DNA of 64,000 nt from Bacilli bacterium (GTDB lineage Bacteria; Bacillota_I; Bacilli_A; RF39; UBA660): contig JAFSAI010000033.1 of assembly GCA_017441065.1 (NCBI GenBank), forward strand, positions 2,581 through 66,580, in the 5' to 3' direction. The notes below the pieces were generated by a model that was not told the origin of the DNA, made no database searches, and saw nothing but the letters and a program-made list of their open reading frames with translations. Position 1 is the first letter of the stretch. Every line of letters starts with the position of its first letter. Made by a program: the position numbers and the translations under genes. Positions 48,797-59,064 of the stretch are shown piece by piece.

Positions 48797-49573
48797 CTAT
48801 TTAATCAATTTTCTAACATTCTCTATTGCATTTTTTTCTATTCTTGATACTTGAGCTTGAGATATTCCCATAGTATCTGCTATTTCCATTTGTGTTTTTC
48901 CTACAATAAATCTTGAAACTAAAATATCTTTTTCTCTATCCTTTATTTTTTGTAAAGCTTTTCTTAAAGAAATTAACATATCTCTATCTGTATTAATATC
49001 TTTTATATCTGCAATTTGATCAGATAAATAAATTGTATCTCCTCCATCATTGTAAATTGGTTCAAAAATACTCATTGGATCTTTAAGAGAATCTAGAGCA
49101 TATGATATTTCGTATTCATCAATTCCAAGTTCTTTAGAAATTTTATCATTTGTAGGTAAAATTCCATAAACACTCAAATAATCATCTTGAAATTTTATTA
49201 TTTTATATGCTAAATCTTTAACACTTCGACTTACTCTAACTGATGTATTATCTCTTATATATCTTTTAACTTCTCCAAGTATTAAAGGTACTGCATACGT
49301 CGATAATCTGAGTCCTAATGTAATATCAAAATTATCTATTGCTTTTATTAAACCGATAACGCCAACTTGAAATAAGTCATCCATATTATATTTGGTATTA
49401 CTAAATCGTTTTAATATTGATAGTACTAATTTTAAGTTACCATTAACTAATTCTTCTTTGGCCCTTTCATCACCATTTTTGAACCTTTGAAATAATTCAT
49501 TGGTTTCTTCATTGCTCAATACTTTAATTTCATTAGTATTAATTCCCGTAATATCTACTTTATATTTTGCCAT
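48797..49573 (-). CDS. sigG: Sporulation sigma factor SigG
   Basis: Near-collinear match to B. subtilis SigG: VNGNLKLVLSI, DDLFQVGVIGLIKAIDNFD, SLKDPMSIFEPIYNDGGD and GKTQMEIADTMGISQAQVSRIEK. Confidence 0.9.
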   Translation of the reverse strand: MAKYKVDITGINTNEIKVLSNEETNELFQRFKNGDERAKEELVNGNLKLVLSILKRFSNTKYNMDDLFQVGVIGLIKAIDNFDITLGLRLSTYAVPLILGEVKRYIRDNTSVRVSRSVKDLAYKIIKFQDDYLSVYGILPTNDKISKELGIDEYEISYALDSLKDPMSIFEPIYNDGGDTIYLSDQIADIKDINTDRDMLISLRKALQKIKDREKDILVSRFIVGKTQMEIADTMGISQAQVSRIEKNAIENVRKLIK

Positions 49574-49662
49574 AATCTTACCTTTCGTAAAAATTATGGT
49601 CTTTTTTTTAGTTTTTTATTCAATAAAAAAACATACTATTTTCTAGTATGCTTTATCCCTTT

Positions 49663-50739
49663 TTACCATGAACCACAGTTTAAGTTATATTGTTTACAAA
49701 CTTCACTTGTTAATGGAATATCTTCTCCACCTCCACTGCGTGAATCAAAATAATAAGTTGTTCCTTTATATGTTCCTTTATAAAGGAACCCATTTTTTGT
49801 TACTTTAATTGGTGTAATGCTATTATCATTTATTTTTATTATATAATAAACTGAGTTATCAATACTGATTGCACTAAATCCAGATAATTCCAACATATCA
49901 TTGCATCCTTTTGTTCCTTCATATAACATTGTTTGATCTTCTGTACACATAAATCCAGTAAATTTTGAAGTTATTTTTGATGTATTAGTATTAAAATTAG
50001 CAGTTCCAACAACAACTTTTTCATTTACAACTTCTTTTATAACTTTTACAGAAATTTTTTCTTTAGAAATTTCTTTGCCATTTTCATCATATGTTATTTT
50101 ATATGTGACTTCACTTATACCATTAACTCCCTTTTGAGTTACTTCTTTAGTACCACTTTTTTTATTGGCATCTTTTGTTGTTATTGTTTCATATTTTACT
50201 TCAATTTCTTCTTTTACTTCTTTTGTAGTATATTTAGATACAATTGCAGCTTGTTCATCTTCAAATAGCTTATTTTCCTCAATGTAAATATCGATATATC
50301 CTACAGATTCTCCTTTTTCTGTAACAATTGCTAAGTTGTGATTTCCAGCTTCAACTTCTAAGTCTTTCATTGCTTCTTGAAGGCCTTTAATCATTTTTAC
50401 TCCATCTTCTACAACAACTTCAAAATAACCTAAAAACTTTGGACTAGAATAAACCCAAACAGCTACTTTTTCACCACTTTGGACTGTTATTTTTTCATCA
50501 AACTTTATAACATCATTACTTAATGATACAACTTCCATTTTTTCTAATTCTTGCACTAAATTTTCAGTGTTTTCTGCTGGGGCATCTGGAATTTTAACTT
50601 CTTCGTTTTGATTATTTCCTTTGTTTCCAGAATTTCCTTCATCATTATTTTTCAATAAAATTACCGCTAATAATATTCCGATAATTAAAACAATAATTGA
50701 TGTAAGAATAATAATTAATTTTTTCTTATCTTTTAACAT
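49663..50739 (-). CDS. Secreted G5-domain protein inserted between sigE and sigG
   Basis: N-terminal TM/signal anchor. Central G5-like block (YETITTKDANKKSGTKEVTQKGVNGISEVTYKITYDENGKEISKEKISVKVIKE...VVVGT). Cys-containing C-terminal domain. Confidence 0.5.
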   Translation of the reverse strand: MLKDKKKLIIILTSIIVLIIGILLAVILLKNNDEGNSGNKGNNQNEEVKIPDAPAENTENLVQELEKMEVVSLSNDVIKFDEKITVQSGEKVAVWVYSSPKFLGYFEVVVEDGVKMIKGLQEAMKDLEVEAGNHNLAIVTEKGESVGYIDIYIEENKLFEDEQAAIVSKYTTKEVKEEIEVKYETITTKDANKKSGTKEVTQKGVNGISEVTYKITYDENGKEISKEKISVKVIKEVVNEKVVVGTANFNTNTSKITSKFTGFMCTEDQTMLYEGTKGCNDMLELSGFSAISIDNSVYYIIKINDNSITPIKVTKNGFLYKGTYKGTTYYFDSRSGGGEDIPLTSEVCKQYNLNCGSW

Positions 50740-50823
50740 TTTACTCCTCCTTATTTTATACTTTAAGTATAACTTAATAATTCCAAAAAATCTACATATA
50801 AAAATATCATTAAAAATGATATT

Positions 50824-51507
50824 TTATATTCTCATTATATTTTGTAATTTTTTTACTATTTTCTTTTCAATTCTAGAAATATAAGACTGACTAATTCCAA
50901 GCATTTCTGCAACTTCTTTTTGAGTATATTCTTCAGTATTATTAAGCCCATATCTTAAAGTCATTATTTCTTTTTCTCTTTCATCAAGAATCTCTATTTC
51001 TCTTTTTAATGTTTCTTTATCCATTACATTTTCAAATTCTTTAGGTACTACATCATCTTCAGTACCTAGGATATCTTCTAAGTGTAATTCATTGCCTTCT
51101 GCATCATAATTAAGTGTCTCTTCAAGACTTATTTCAACTTTTTTCTTTTTATTTTTTCTTAAAAACATTAATATTTCATTAGCAATGCATCGAGAAGCAT
51201 AAGTTGCTAATTTGATATTCTTATCTATTTTGTAAGTATTTATACCTTTTATTAACCCTATTGAACCAATTGAAACTAAGTCTTCAATATCAAATCCTGT
51301 ATTTTCATATTTTTTAGCTAGGAATACTACTAAACGAAGATTATGTTCAATTAAAATATTACGCGATTCGATATCTCCTTGACGTGCTTTAATTAAATAT
51401 TCTAGCTCTTTTTCTTTAGATAATGGTGGTGGTAACTTATCAGTTGCACCAACAAAAAAACATTCATTATACTTCTTTTTTAAAAATAAAATTAATTTTT
51501 TAAACAT
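50824..51507 (-). CDS. sigE: Sporulation sigma factor SigE (pro-sigma-E with an N-terminal pro-sequence)
   Basis: Pro-sequence MFKKLILFLKKKYNECFFVGATDKLPPPLSKEKE. Sigma-70 regions 2-4. Directly downstream of spoIIGA. Confidence 0.9.
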   Translation of the reverse strand: MFKKLILFLKKKYNECFFVGATDKLPPPLSKEKELEYLIKARQGDIESRNILIEHNLRLVVFLAKKYENTGFDIEDLVSIGSIGLIKGINTYKIDKNIKLATYASRCIANEILMFLRKNKKKKVEISLEETLNYDAEGNELHLEDILGTEDDVVPKEFENVMDKETLKREIEILDEREKEIMTLRYGLNNTEEYTQKEVAEMLGISQSYISRIEKKIVKKLQNIMRI

Positions 51508-51508
51508 T

Positions 51509-52297
51509 TTATTCCTCCAATAAATGATAATTAAGTAAACAATCTATTCCATCAAAACCATTAAATGTTTCAGATAATCCTAGTAAATAATCAGTATATA
51601 TTTGGTTATCGATGATCATGTTTTTAATACTAATACATTCAAGTAAACCAGTACTGTTTACAGTTTTAATGGGGACATACATTGGACTTCTTATATTATA
51701 TATGCCTTTAAGTTTATTTTTATTTACTAAAACTATATATTTATTTGTAATTGGATCTCTTAATTTGTTACCACTGTCAATAAATCCAGTAAGTTCTAAT
51801 ACTCGATTATTCTTTAAAGTAATCAATACTTTTTTATAATAATTTACAACTTTTTTTAATTTATTTTGTTCTCTTATATATAAATAAAGTATTAATGGTG
51901 CTATAGACAAACTAATTAAATAACATAAATTATTAAATTCTATTTTTAAAAAATATAAAAATCCGGCTAATATAACACTTGTCATATATAAATAAATTGT
52001 ATTATTAATAAAGTATTTTAGATTTTTATATTTAAATGTAACTAGTAGCATTATAAATCCTGCCAATATCTTTAAAATAAATAGTAGATATTTATTAATA
52101 GATATAAAAATTAGAAATGTCGATGAACTTCCTATTAAGGCTCCCAAAACTATTCTTTTAAATGAAGTATTTCTTTTTAAAGTTATACTTACTGTTAGTA
52201 AAATAATAGCATCATATATAAAATTCAAAATAAATAATAAATCTATATATATCGTCATTATTATCACCAAATTTATTATATAAAAAAAATACGGCAA
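51509..52297 (-). CDS. spoIIGA: Sigma-E processing peptidase SpoIIGA. Probable start M14 (MTIYIDLLFILNF) at 52258.
   Basis: Polytopic N-terminal half. C-terminal aspartic protease domain with GFIDSGN (the DSG active site). Confidence 0.85.
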   Translation of the reverse strand: MPYFFYIINLVIIMTIYIDLLFILNFIYDAIILLTVSITLKRNTSFKRIVLGALIGSSSTFLIFISINKYLLFILKILAGFIMLLVTFKYKNLKYFINNTIYLYMTSVILAGFLYFLKIEFNNLCYLISLSIAPLILYLYIREQNKLKKVVNYYKKVLITLKNNRVLELTGFIDSGNKLRDPITNKYIVLVNKNKLKGIYNIRSPMYVPIKTVNSTGLLECISIKNMIIDNQIYTDYLLGLSETFNGFDGIDCLLNYHLLEE

Positions 52298-52331
52298 AAC
52301 TTGTCGTATTTTAATAAACTTTTCAACTTTC

Positions 52332-53390
52332 TTAGAATAAATCGTTATTTCTTAAGAATGGTGGGATTTCTAAATCATCATCAGTTTGAACTGTTCTTCT
52401 CTTTGGAACAACTTCTCCTGGACTATATAATTCTTCAGCTTCACCTTCGTCAAATCCTGTTGCAATAACTGTAACAATTACTTCATCAGATAAGTTTTCA
52501 TTTTTGATAGCACCAAAGATAATATTAACATCACTCTTAGCTGCTTCTCTAACTGTTTCAACTGCATCTTCAATTTCAAATAATGTTAAGTTCTTTCCAC
52601 CAGTTACATTAACGATAGCATTTGTTGCCCCATCAATTGTAGCTTCAAGTAAACTATTAGCAACAGCTTGACGCGCAGCTTCAATAGCTCTATTTTCACC
52701 AGCATTGCATCCAATACCGATAATTGCTGTTCCACTTTTTTCCATTACTGCTTTTACATCAGCAAAGTCTAAGTTGATTACTCCAGTAACTGCAATTAAG
52801 TCTGATATTGATTGTACACCTCTATGTAATACATTATCTACTTCTTTAAATGCATCATCAAATGATGTAGTCTTATCAATTATATCTCTTAATTTATCGT
52901 TTGGTATAACGATTAATGTATCTACGTGTTTCTTTAAATCTTCAAGTCCAAGAAGGGCATTTTCCATTCTTCTTTTTCCTTCAAATCTAAATGGTTTAGT
53001 TACAATACCTACTGTTAATGCACCAAGTTCTTGTGCTATTTCAGCAATAATTGGAGCAGCTCCAGTACCTGTTCCTCCACCCATACCACAAGCAACAAAT
53101 ACCATATCTGCACCTTTAAGTGCTTCTTCAATTTCACTTTTGCTTTCTAATGCTGCAGCTCTTCCAATTTCAGGATTAGCACCAGCACCTCTTCCGCCAG
53201 TAATTGATTTACCAATTTGAATTTTATTAGTTGCTTTTGATATATTTAAAACTTGTAAATCTGTATTTACTACGTAAAATTCAACACTTTTTACGCCTTC
53301 TTCAATCATTCGGTTAACTGCGTTACATCCACCGCCACCTACTCCAACGACTTTTATTTTTGCTATTTGATCCATTTGTAATTCATTCAT
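52332..53390 (-). CDS. ftsZ: Cell division protein FtsZ
   Basis: GGGTGTG tubulin signature ([14 protein letters not shown]). T7 loop. Variable C-terminal tail with the conserved [10 protein letters not shown] peptide. Confidence 0.97.
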   Translation of the reverse strand: MNELQMDQIAKIKVVGVGGGGCNAVNRMIEEGVKSVEFYVVNTDLQVLNISKATNKIQIGKSITGGRGAGANPEIGRAAALESKSEIEEALKGADMVFVACGMGGGTGTGAAPIIAEIAQELGALTVGIVTKPFRFEGKRRMENALLGLEDLKKHVDTLIVIPNDKLRDIIDKTTSFDDAFKEVDNVLHRGVQSISDLIAVTGVINLDFADVKAVMEKSGTAIIGIGCNAGENRAIEAARQAVANSLLEATIDGATNAIVNVTGGKNLTLFEIEDAVETVREAAKSDVNIIFGAIKNENLSDEVIVTVIATGFDEGEAEELYSPGEVVPKRRTVQTDDDLEIPPFLRNNDLF

Positions 53391-53402
53391 ATGCTTCTCT
53401 CC

Positions 53403-54644
53403 TTAATTATCAAAAAAGTATCCAAATAATTTACCTAAAACTGAATTTTCTGGAATGTTTACTCTTTTATCCATGCCACCTAATTCTTCTTGTTCTTCTA
53501 AATTAAATATTGAAAACTCGACATTTCTTAATTTTAATCTGCTATTATAATATTTTATAATTCCTACTGCAGTTCCATATTTGTTACTTCTTGCTCCAAT
53601 TTCTTCAACTTTACCAATTATTCCCATATTACCAAATAATTCTTCTGATAAAATATCAAAATCTTGAGTCTCTGTAACTCCTCCTGTAAGTATTATATAA
53701 CTAATTTCTTTTTTTGTTAAGAGATTTATTTGTTTTTTAGCCAAATTAATAATCTCTGTAAGCCTACTCATAACAATTTCTGATGCATCGTATTGATTTA
53801 TTTTTACTGTTTCCCCATGCTTATCAGTAAATGTTAATGATTCGTTTGGCTGAGCAAGTCTAGTGTGTGCTAATGCTAAATGTTCCTTTAAAAATCTAGC
53901 ATCTTCTCTAGATATTTTATAAACGTATGATAAATCGTTGTTTATTGCATCTCCACCAATATCTATTACTTCTAAATTAGTAAGAATCCCACGATTAAAT
54001 ATTGATACAGTCGTAGTTTCTTCACCAATATTTATTACTGCCCCAATATTTTTATTTAATTCTTTTGTTTTATGTTCATAATAATCCCCTAAAGGAGAAA
54101 TAACTATATCAACTAATTCTACGCCAATATTTTTAAGGCAAGCATTGATGCCTTCAATATTTTTCTTTGGTACAGTTACTACAATAGATTTCATTGTTAG
54201 TTTTTCTGAAATCATATTTAATGGATTATTTACTATTTCATCATTAATTTTAAATCCTGTAGGAAGTACTGTAACCAGTTCTCTATTATCCATTATTTTA
54301 TTATAAACGCATTTTTGCATAGCTTTTACTATATCAGCATTTCTAATTACTTTATCTTCACTTGTTACTGCAATAGTACCACTACTTAGAAAACATTCGG
54401 TATATGTACAAGGTACAGTCGCAATTACTTTTTTTACAGGAATACCTAATATGCCTTCAGCTTTTTTAAACACTTCTAAAAAAGCTTCAGTAGCACTTTC
54501 ACCATTAATTACATATCCCTTTTTAATTCCTCGAGCTGGAGTTTCCACGCATGCTAATATGTTTATCTTATTTTTTACTATTTCTCCAACTACTAATTTA
54601 ATTAGAGAAGAGCCTATATCTAAACTTGCAATAAATTTACGCAT
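53403..54644 (-). CDS. ftsA: Cell division protein FtsA. Start trimmed to MRKFIASLDIGSS after SD AGGAGTGA.
   Basis: Actin-like ATPase fold. LDIGSS phosphate-1 motif. C-terminal amphipathic helix. Confidence 0.9.
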   Translation of the reverse strand: MRKFIASLDIGSSLIKLVVGEIVKNKINILACVETPARGIKKGYVINGESATEAFLEVFKKAEGILGIPVKKVIATVPCTYTECFLSSGTIAVTSEDKVIRNADIVKAMQKCVYNKIMDNRELVTVLPTGFKINDEIVNNPLNMISEKLTMKSIVVTVPKKNIEGINACLKNIGVELVDIVISPLGDYYEHKTKELNKNIGAVINIGEETTTVSIFNRGILTNLEVIDIGGDAINNDLSYVYKISREDARFLKEHLALAHTRLAQPNESLTFTDKHGETVKINQYDASEIVMSRLTEIINLAKKQINLLTKKEISYIILTGGVTETQDFDILSEELFGNMGIIGKVEEIGARSNKYGTAVGIIKYYNSRLKLRNVEFSIFNLEEQEELGGMDKRVNIPENSVLGKLFGYFFDN

Positions 54645-54724
54645 AACGTCACTCCTATTTTCTCTATTAATTATAACTAAAAATAGGTTACTTATCAAGT
54701 TTTTTACAAATAAAAAAAGAATTA

Positions 54725-55276
54725 CTATTTTAAGTTAGATAGTAATTCGTCTTTTTTCATTGAACTATAACCTTTGATTCCTTTTTCTTTAGCAATAGCT
54801 TTTAATTCTGCTAATGTTTTCTTGCTTAAATCTTCAGTTTCAACAGTTTTAGTTTCTTCTTTAGCTTCTACTTTTTTTGTTTCTTTTTTAGCAGTAGCTT
54901 TAGGAGCTTCTATAACTTCTCCATTTAAAGCTTTAGTAGCTGTATTTACAAGTTCAGTAAATGATGCAGCATCATTTATAGCTATTTCTGATAACATTTT
55001 ACGGTTAATAGAAATACCAGCTTTAGTTAATCCATTAATGAACTTAGAATAACTAATATTATTTAATCTACAAGCAGCATTAATTCTTGTAATCCATAAT
55101 TTACGGAAGTTTCTTTTATTTTGTCTTCTATCTCTGTATGCATATGCACCACTATGGAATACTTGTTCTTGAGCTGTTTTATATAATCTATGTTTACTTC
55201 CAAAATATCCTTTTGCTTGTTTTAAAACTTTACGTCTTCTATTTTTTGATACGTTTCCGCCTTTAACTCTTGCCAT
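54725..55276 (-). CDS. rplT: 50S ribosomal protein L20 with an about 65-aa C-terminal Lys/Glu-rich extension ending in a Rho_N/SAP-like motif
   Basis: The N-terminal 118 aa is canonical L20 (MARVKGG...). The extension ends [29 protein letters not shown], matching the Rho N-terminal-domain consensus. Confidence 0.85.
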   Translation of the reverse strand: MARVKGGNVSKNRRRKVLKQAKGYFGSKHRLYKTAQEQVFHSGAYAYRDRRQNKRNFRKLWITRINAACRLNNISYSKFINGLTKAGISINRKMLSEIAINDAASFTELVNTATKALNGEVIEAPKATAKKETKKVEAKEETKTVETEDLSKKTLAELKAIAKEKGIKGYSSMKKDELLSNLK

Positions 55277-55293
55277 ATTCTAATACCCCCTAA

Positions 55294-55482
55294 CTAGATA
55301 ACAGATTTTAATCTGCTAGCTTCTCCTTTCGCTAATGTTCCTTTATTTCTTCTTTGACGAACTTGTTTAGAAGAATCCTTACTTGTTTTATGATTTCCAT
55401 TACTTAATTTATAAGTTAATGAACCATTTTTCTTTACTTTAAATACTTTACTACTTGCTTTATGTGTTTTTTGTTTTCCCAT
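55294..55482 (-). CDS. rpmI: 50S ribosomal protein L35
   Basis: 62 aa, basic (MGKQKTHKASSK...). Confidence 0.9.
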   Translation of the reverse strand: MGKQKTHKASSKVFKVKKNGSLTYKLSNGNHKTSKDSSKQVRQRRNKGTLAKGEASRLKSVI

Positions 55483-55502
55483 AAATATTTCCTCCTACTT
55501 CT

Positions 55503-56024
55503 TTATTTCTTTGGTGCTAATAACAATGACATTTGCTTTCCTTCTAACTTAGGTTCAACTTCAATAGTACTTACTTCACTAAGTTCTTCTGCAAATTTCA
55601 ATAATACATCTTTTCCTAATTCAGTATGCGCCATTTGACGACCTTTAAATCTGATAAAAGCTTTGATCTTATGTCCCTTTTTCAAATAATCTGCAGCATT
55701 TCTTTTTCTAGTATCAAAGTCATGAACATCAATTGTTACAGACAAACGATATTCTTTTACTTCTTTGTTACTTTCTCTTTGTTTCTTTTGAGCTTCTTTT
55801 AGTTTCTTTTGACGCTCATAACGGTATTTATTATAATCCATTATTTTTGCTACAGCTGGTGTAGTATTTTCACTCATTAGAACTAAATCTAATCCAGCAT
55901 AGTTTGCTAAAGTCTTAGCATCCTCTAATCTTTTTACACCCATTTTTTCTCCATTTGGGCCAATTACCATTAATTCCGCTATTCTAATTTGATCATTAAT
56001 TAGTAGCTCTTCTGTTTTTGCTAT
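55503..56024 (-). CDS. infC: Translation initiation factor IF-3, with a probable non-AUG (AUA) start
   Basis: IF3 N- and C-domains (LINDQIRIAELMVIGPNGE...; AFIRFKGRQMAHTELG). SD GGAGGTG 6 nt upstream of an ATA codon at 56024-56022. The track ORF starts at a TTG further upstream (56042). Confidence 0.85.
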   Translation of the reverse strand: MAKTEELLINDQIRIAELMVIGPNGEKMGVKRLEDAKTLANYAGLDLVLMSENTTPAVAKIMDYNKYRYERQKKLKEAQKKQRESNKEVKEYRLSVTIDVHDFDTRKRNAADYLKKGHKIKAFIRFKGRQMAHTELGKDVLLKFAEELSEVSTIEVEPKLEGKQMSLLLAPKK

Positions 56025-56182
56025 AAAAAGCACCTCCAACAATTAAAAAGTGAGTACTTTATACCCACTTAAAAACCATAAATTATAATTTAAATTTCTT
56101 GGCTTTTGACCTATCGCTTATACGCAATCAGGTGGATATAAATCGCTTTCCTTTTTAATAACACCGATATTTTATCATTATA

Positions 56183-56699
56183 TTGTATGTTTTGTCAATT
56201 AATTTTATTCAAATGTATTCTAAATCTTATTTTATATGTTATAATAACGGCTGTTTAGGTGAATTTATGGATAAATATCAATTGGGTAAATACAAATATT
56301 TTGATTTATTAGTATTAATAAATAGTTATTTCTTCCCTTCTATTCCAATTGGAGAAAACATGAGAGGATTAACTGAAGATGAATTTAAGATTTTCGATGA
56401 AAAGTTAAAATCTTTTTTTGATACAATTAGTAATACTAATAATTTAAATGATATTTCGCGTCTTTCTCTAAATTTAACTGGATATTTTTGGATGGTACAA
56501 CCATTTGGTGATGGAAATACAAGAACTCTAAGAAGTTTTTTATACTTTATATTTTCCAACTAAATTATAAATTAGATTTAACTTTTGAACCAAACGATGT
56601 ACCAATAATTCCTATTTTTTATGATGAAGATGAGGAATGTGTTGAAAATGATATTAATAATTTAATAAGAAGATTGACAAAAAAGAGTAATCAAAATTA
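56183..56699 (+). pseudogene. Degenerate Fic/Doc-family gene. The core motif is QPFGDGNTRTLR rather than HPFxDGNGRxxR, and the frame is broken by a -1 shift near 56560.
   Basis: Track ORF 56183..56563 ends after ...FLYFIFSN. The Fic-type C-terminal segment NYKLDLTFEPNDVPIIPIFYDEDEECVENDINNLIRRLTKKSNQN continues in another frame from 56563 to the TAG at 56697-56699. N-terminally short compared with typical Fic proteins. Confidence 0.55.
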
Positions 56700-56715
56700 G
56701 TGATTACTCTTTTTA

Positions 56716-58467
56716 TTATTTTCTATTTGAAATTTTATCTTCTAAATATTTAATAAATTTTTCATAACTTAATGTAGTAGTTTCTTCACTACCTGCTTCT
56801 CTATAACTTACTAAATTATTATCAACCTCTTTTTGACCAATAATTACTGTAACAGGAATTTTTCTAGTTACACTTTCGCGCATTTTATAACCCAATTTTT
56901 CATTACGATCATCAAGTTCAACGCGATAATTATCCTTTAAGTTTTCAAATAATTTTTCGCAATATTCTAAATGATATTCATTATTTACTGGAATTATATT
57001 AATTTGAGTTGGTGAAAGCCATAATGGAAGTACACCTTTAGTTTCTTCTAAAATAAAGGCAGTAAATCTATCAAATGTTCCAAAAATAGCTCTGTGAAGA
57101 ACAACTGGCACTTGTTTATTACCATCTCTATCTATATAAGATAGTTCAAATCTTCTTGGCAGTAGAAAATCTAATTGACAAGTTGAAAGTGTAACTTCTG
57201 GACCAACCGCAGGTTTAACCTCAACATCTAATTTAGGGCCATAGAATGCTGCCTCACCAATTGCTTCATAATAATCAATACCAAATTCATTTAAAACTTC
57301 TCTTAATTTATTTTCTGCTTCATTCCACATTTCATCATCATCAAAATATTTTTCTTTATCTTCAGGATCTCTTAGAGATAGTCTAAATTTATAATTTTTC
57401 AAACCAAAATCATTATATACATCAAGAATTAAAGAAACAACTTTTTTAAATTCTTCACCAATTTGATCTGGCCTTACAAAAAGATGAGCATCGTTTTGAC
57501 ACATGCAGCGAACTCTTTCAAGTCCTTTTACAGCACCACTAGCTTCATATCTAAAATCTGTAGCAAACTCACCAATTCTAATTGGTAAATCACGATAAGA
57601 ATGTAATTCATTTCCATAAACTAACATATGATGTGGACAGTTCATTGGACGCAATACAAACTCTTCTTCATCAACCTTCATTGATGGGAACATATTTTCT
57701 TTATAATGATCCCAGTGACCAGATGTTTTATATAAATCAACTGTACCAACACAAGGCGTATATACATGCTTATATCCTAATTTTTGTTCTTTTTCATAAA
57801 TATAATTTTCTAAATTTTTACGAATAACAGCACCATTTGGAAGCCATAAAGGCATACCCTTACCAACTAAATCATGAGACATAAAGATGTTTAAATTTTT
57901 GCCAATTTTACGATGGTCGCGCATTGCTGCTTCTTCTAATTCCTTTAAGCATTCTTGTAAATCTTCTTCTGTATCGAAACAAACACCATAAATTCTTTGA
58001 AGCATTTTATTTTTAGCGTCACCCTTCCAATAAGCACCACTAAATTTAAGTAATTTAAAATATTTTAATTCTTTAACTGTTTCTACATGAGGTCCACGAC
58101 AAAGGTCTGTAAAATCACCTTGTGTATAACAAGAAATAACTGTTTCTTCTTCATTCATTCTGCTGATTAAATCTTGTTTATATGGATCATCTTTAAACAT
58201 TTCTTCTGCTTCTTCTTTAGATATTTCTTTTCTAACGATTCTTTTTCCGTCTTTAGAAATTTTTTTCATTTCTTTTTCAATTAATGGAATATCTTCTTCG
58301 GTAATTACTTTATCACCTAAATCAATGTCATAGTAAAATCCTTCTTCAATAACAGGCCCTACCCAAAATTTAGCATCTGGATATAAATGTTTTATTGCTT
58401 GAGCAAGTAAATGTGCACAACTATGATTTAACTTACTTAAACGCTCATCTTCTAATATTTTTTTCAT
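56716..58467 (-). CDS. thrS: Threonine--tRNA ligase
   Basis: Class II aaRS motifs. TGS and second additional domains. Zn-binding CxxxH region. Start set at MKKILEDERLSK (SD AAGGAG 5 nt upstream). The track ORF extends a further 24 codons upstream with no SD. Confidence 0.95.
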   Translation of the reverse strand: MKKILEDERLSKLNHSCAHLLAQAIKHLYPDAKFWVGPVIEEGFYYDIDLGDKVITEEDIPLIEKEMKKISKDGKRIVRKEISKEEAEEMFKDDPYKQDLISRMNEEETVISCYTQGDFTDLCRGPHVETVKELKYFKLLKFSGAYWKGDAKNKMLQRIYGVCFDTEEDLQECLKELEEAAMRDHRKIGKNLNIFMSHDLVGKGMPLWLPNGAVIRKNLENYIYEKEQKLGYKHVYTPCVGTVDLYKTSGHWDHYKENMFPSMKVDEEEFVLRPMNCPHHMLVYGNELHSYRDLPIRIGEFATDFRYEASGAVKGLERVRCMCQNDAHLFVRPDQIGEEFKKVVSLILDVYNDFGLKNYKFRLSLRDPEDKEKYFDDDEMWNEAENKLREVLNEFGIDYYEAIGEAAFYGPKLDVEVKPAVGPEVTLSTCQLDFLLPRRFELSYIDRDGNKQVPVVLHRAIFGTFDRFTAFILEETKGVLPLWLSPTQINIIPVNNEYHLEYCEKLFENLKDNYRVELDDRNEKLGYKMRESVTRKIPVTVIIGQKEVDNNLVSYREAGSEETTTLSYEKFIKYLEDKISNRK

Positions 58468-58705
58468 AATACTCCTTCTTTCTATTTTAATCCAATAAAA
58501 AAACTCCTCATTAGAGGAGTGAATTTTACACGGTACCATCCTTTATTTAACTTAATTTTAATAACGGCTTTCACCGGAGTGGATTAGACTCTCTAGAGAA
58601 TAGTAATCATTAAACTTGTTTATTAACTTTCACCAAACGTTAACTCTCTAAAAAACATAATCTAATAATCGTGTTTCTCATAATTGATTTATGGACTAAT
58701 TTTAT
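58468..58705 (-). promoter_or_regulatory. T-box riboswitch leader of thrS
   Basis: Minus strand carries AATAAAGGATGGTACCGTG (T-box consensus AAnnnGGGTGGnACCGCG), followed by terminator CACTCCTC-TAAT-GAGGAG + T7. Upstream Stem I-like region with AGAGAG and a candidate ACU-A specifier. Confidence 0.75.
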
Positions 58706-58711
58706 CATTTT

Positions 58712-58945
58712 TTATTTTATTTTGCAACTATTATTGCGACTTGGAACTAAATCTATTCCTCCTTTATGAAACGGATTGCACTTTAATATCCTTTTGATTG
58801 TTAAATAACTGCCTTTTATACTACCGTACTTCTCTATTGCTTCTTTAGCATAATTAGAGCATGTTGGATAAAATCTACATTTAGAATGACTACGTAGCGG
58901 CATTTTTTGATATAAATCAATTAATTTTAATAAAACTTTTTTCAT
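58712..58945 (-). CDS. yidD: Membrane protein insertion efficiency factor YidD
   Basis: 77 aa. YPTCSNYA and [10 protein letters not shown] motifs. Confidence 0.85.
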   Translation of the reverse strand: MKKVLLKLIDLYQKMPLRSHSKCRFYPTCSNYAKEAIEKYGSIKGSYLTIKRILKCNPFHKGGIDLVPSRNNSCKIK

Positions 58946-59064
58946 ATTTTTAGTATACTTTTATATTAGCTTTTTAGCAATATTTTTTACCAGAAAAAGG
59001 TATTGCTATTTGATTTTGAATGTACTATACTTTATTTATACAAACAAATATTCGGAGGTAAAAA

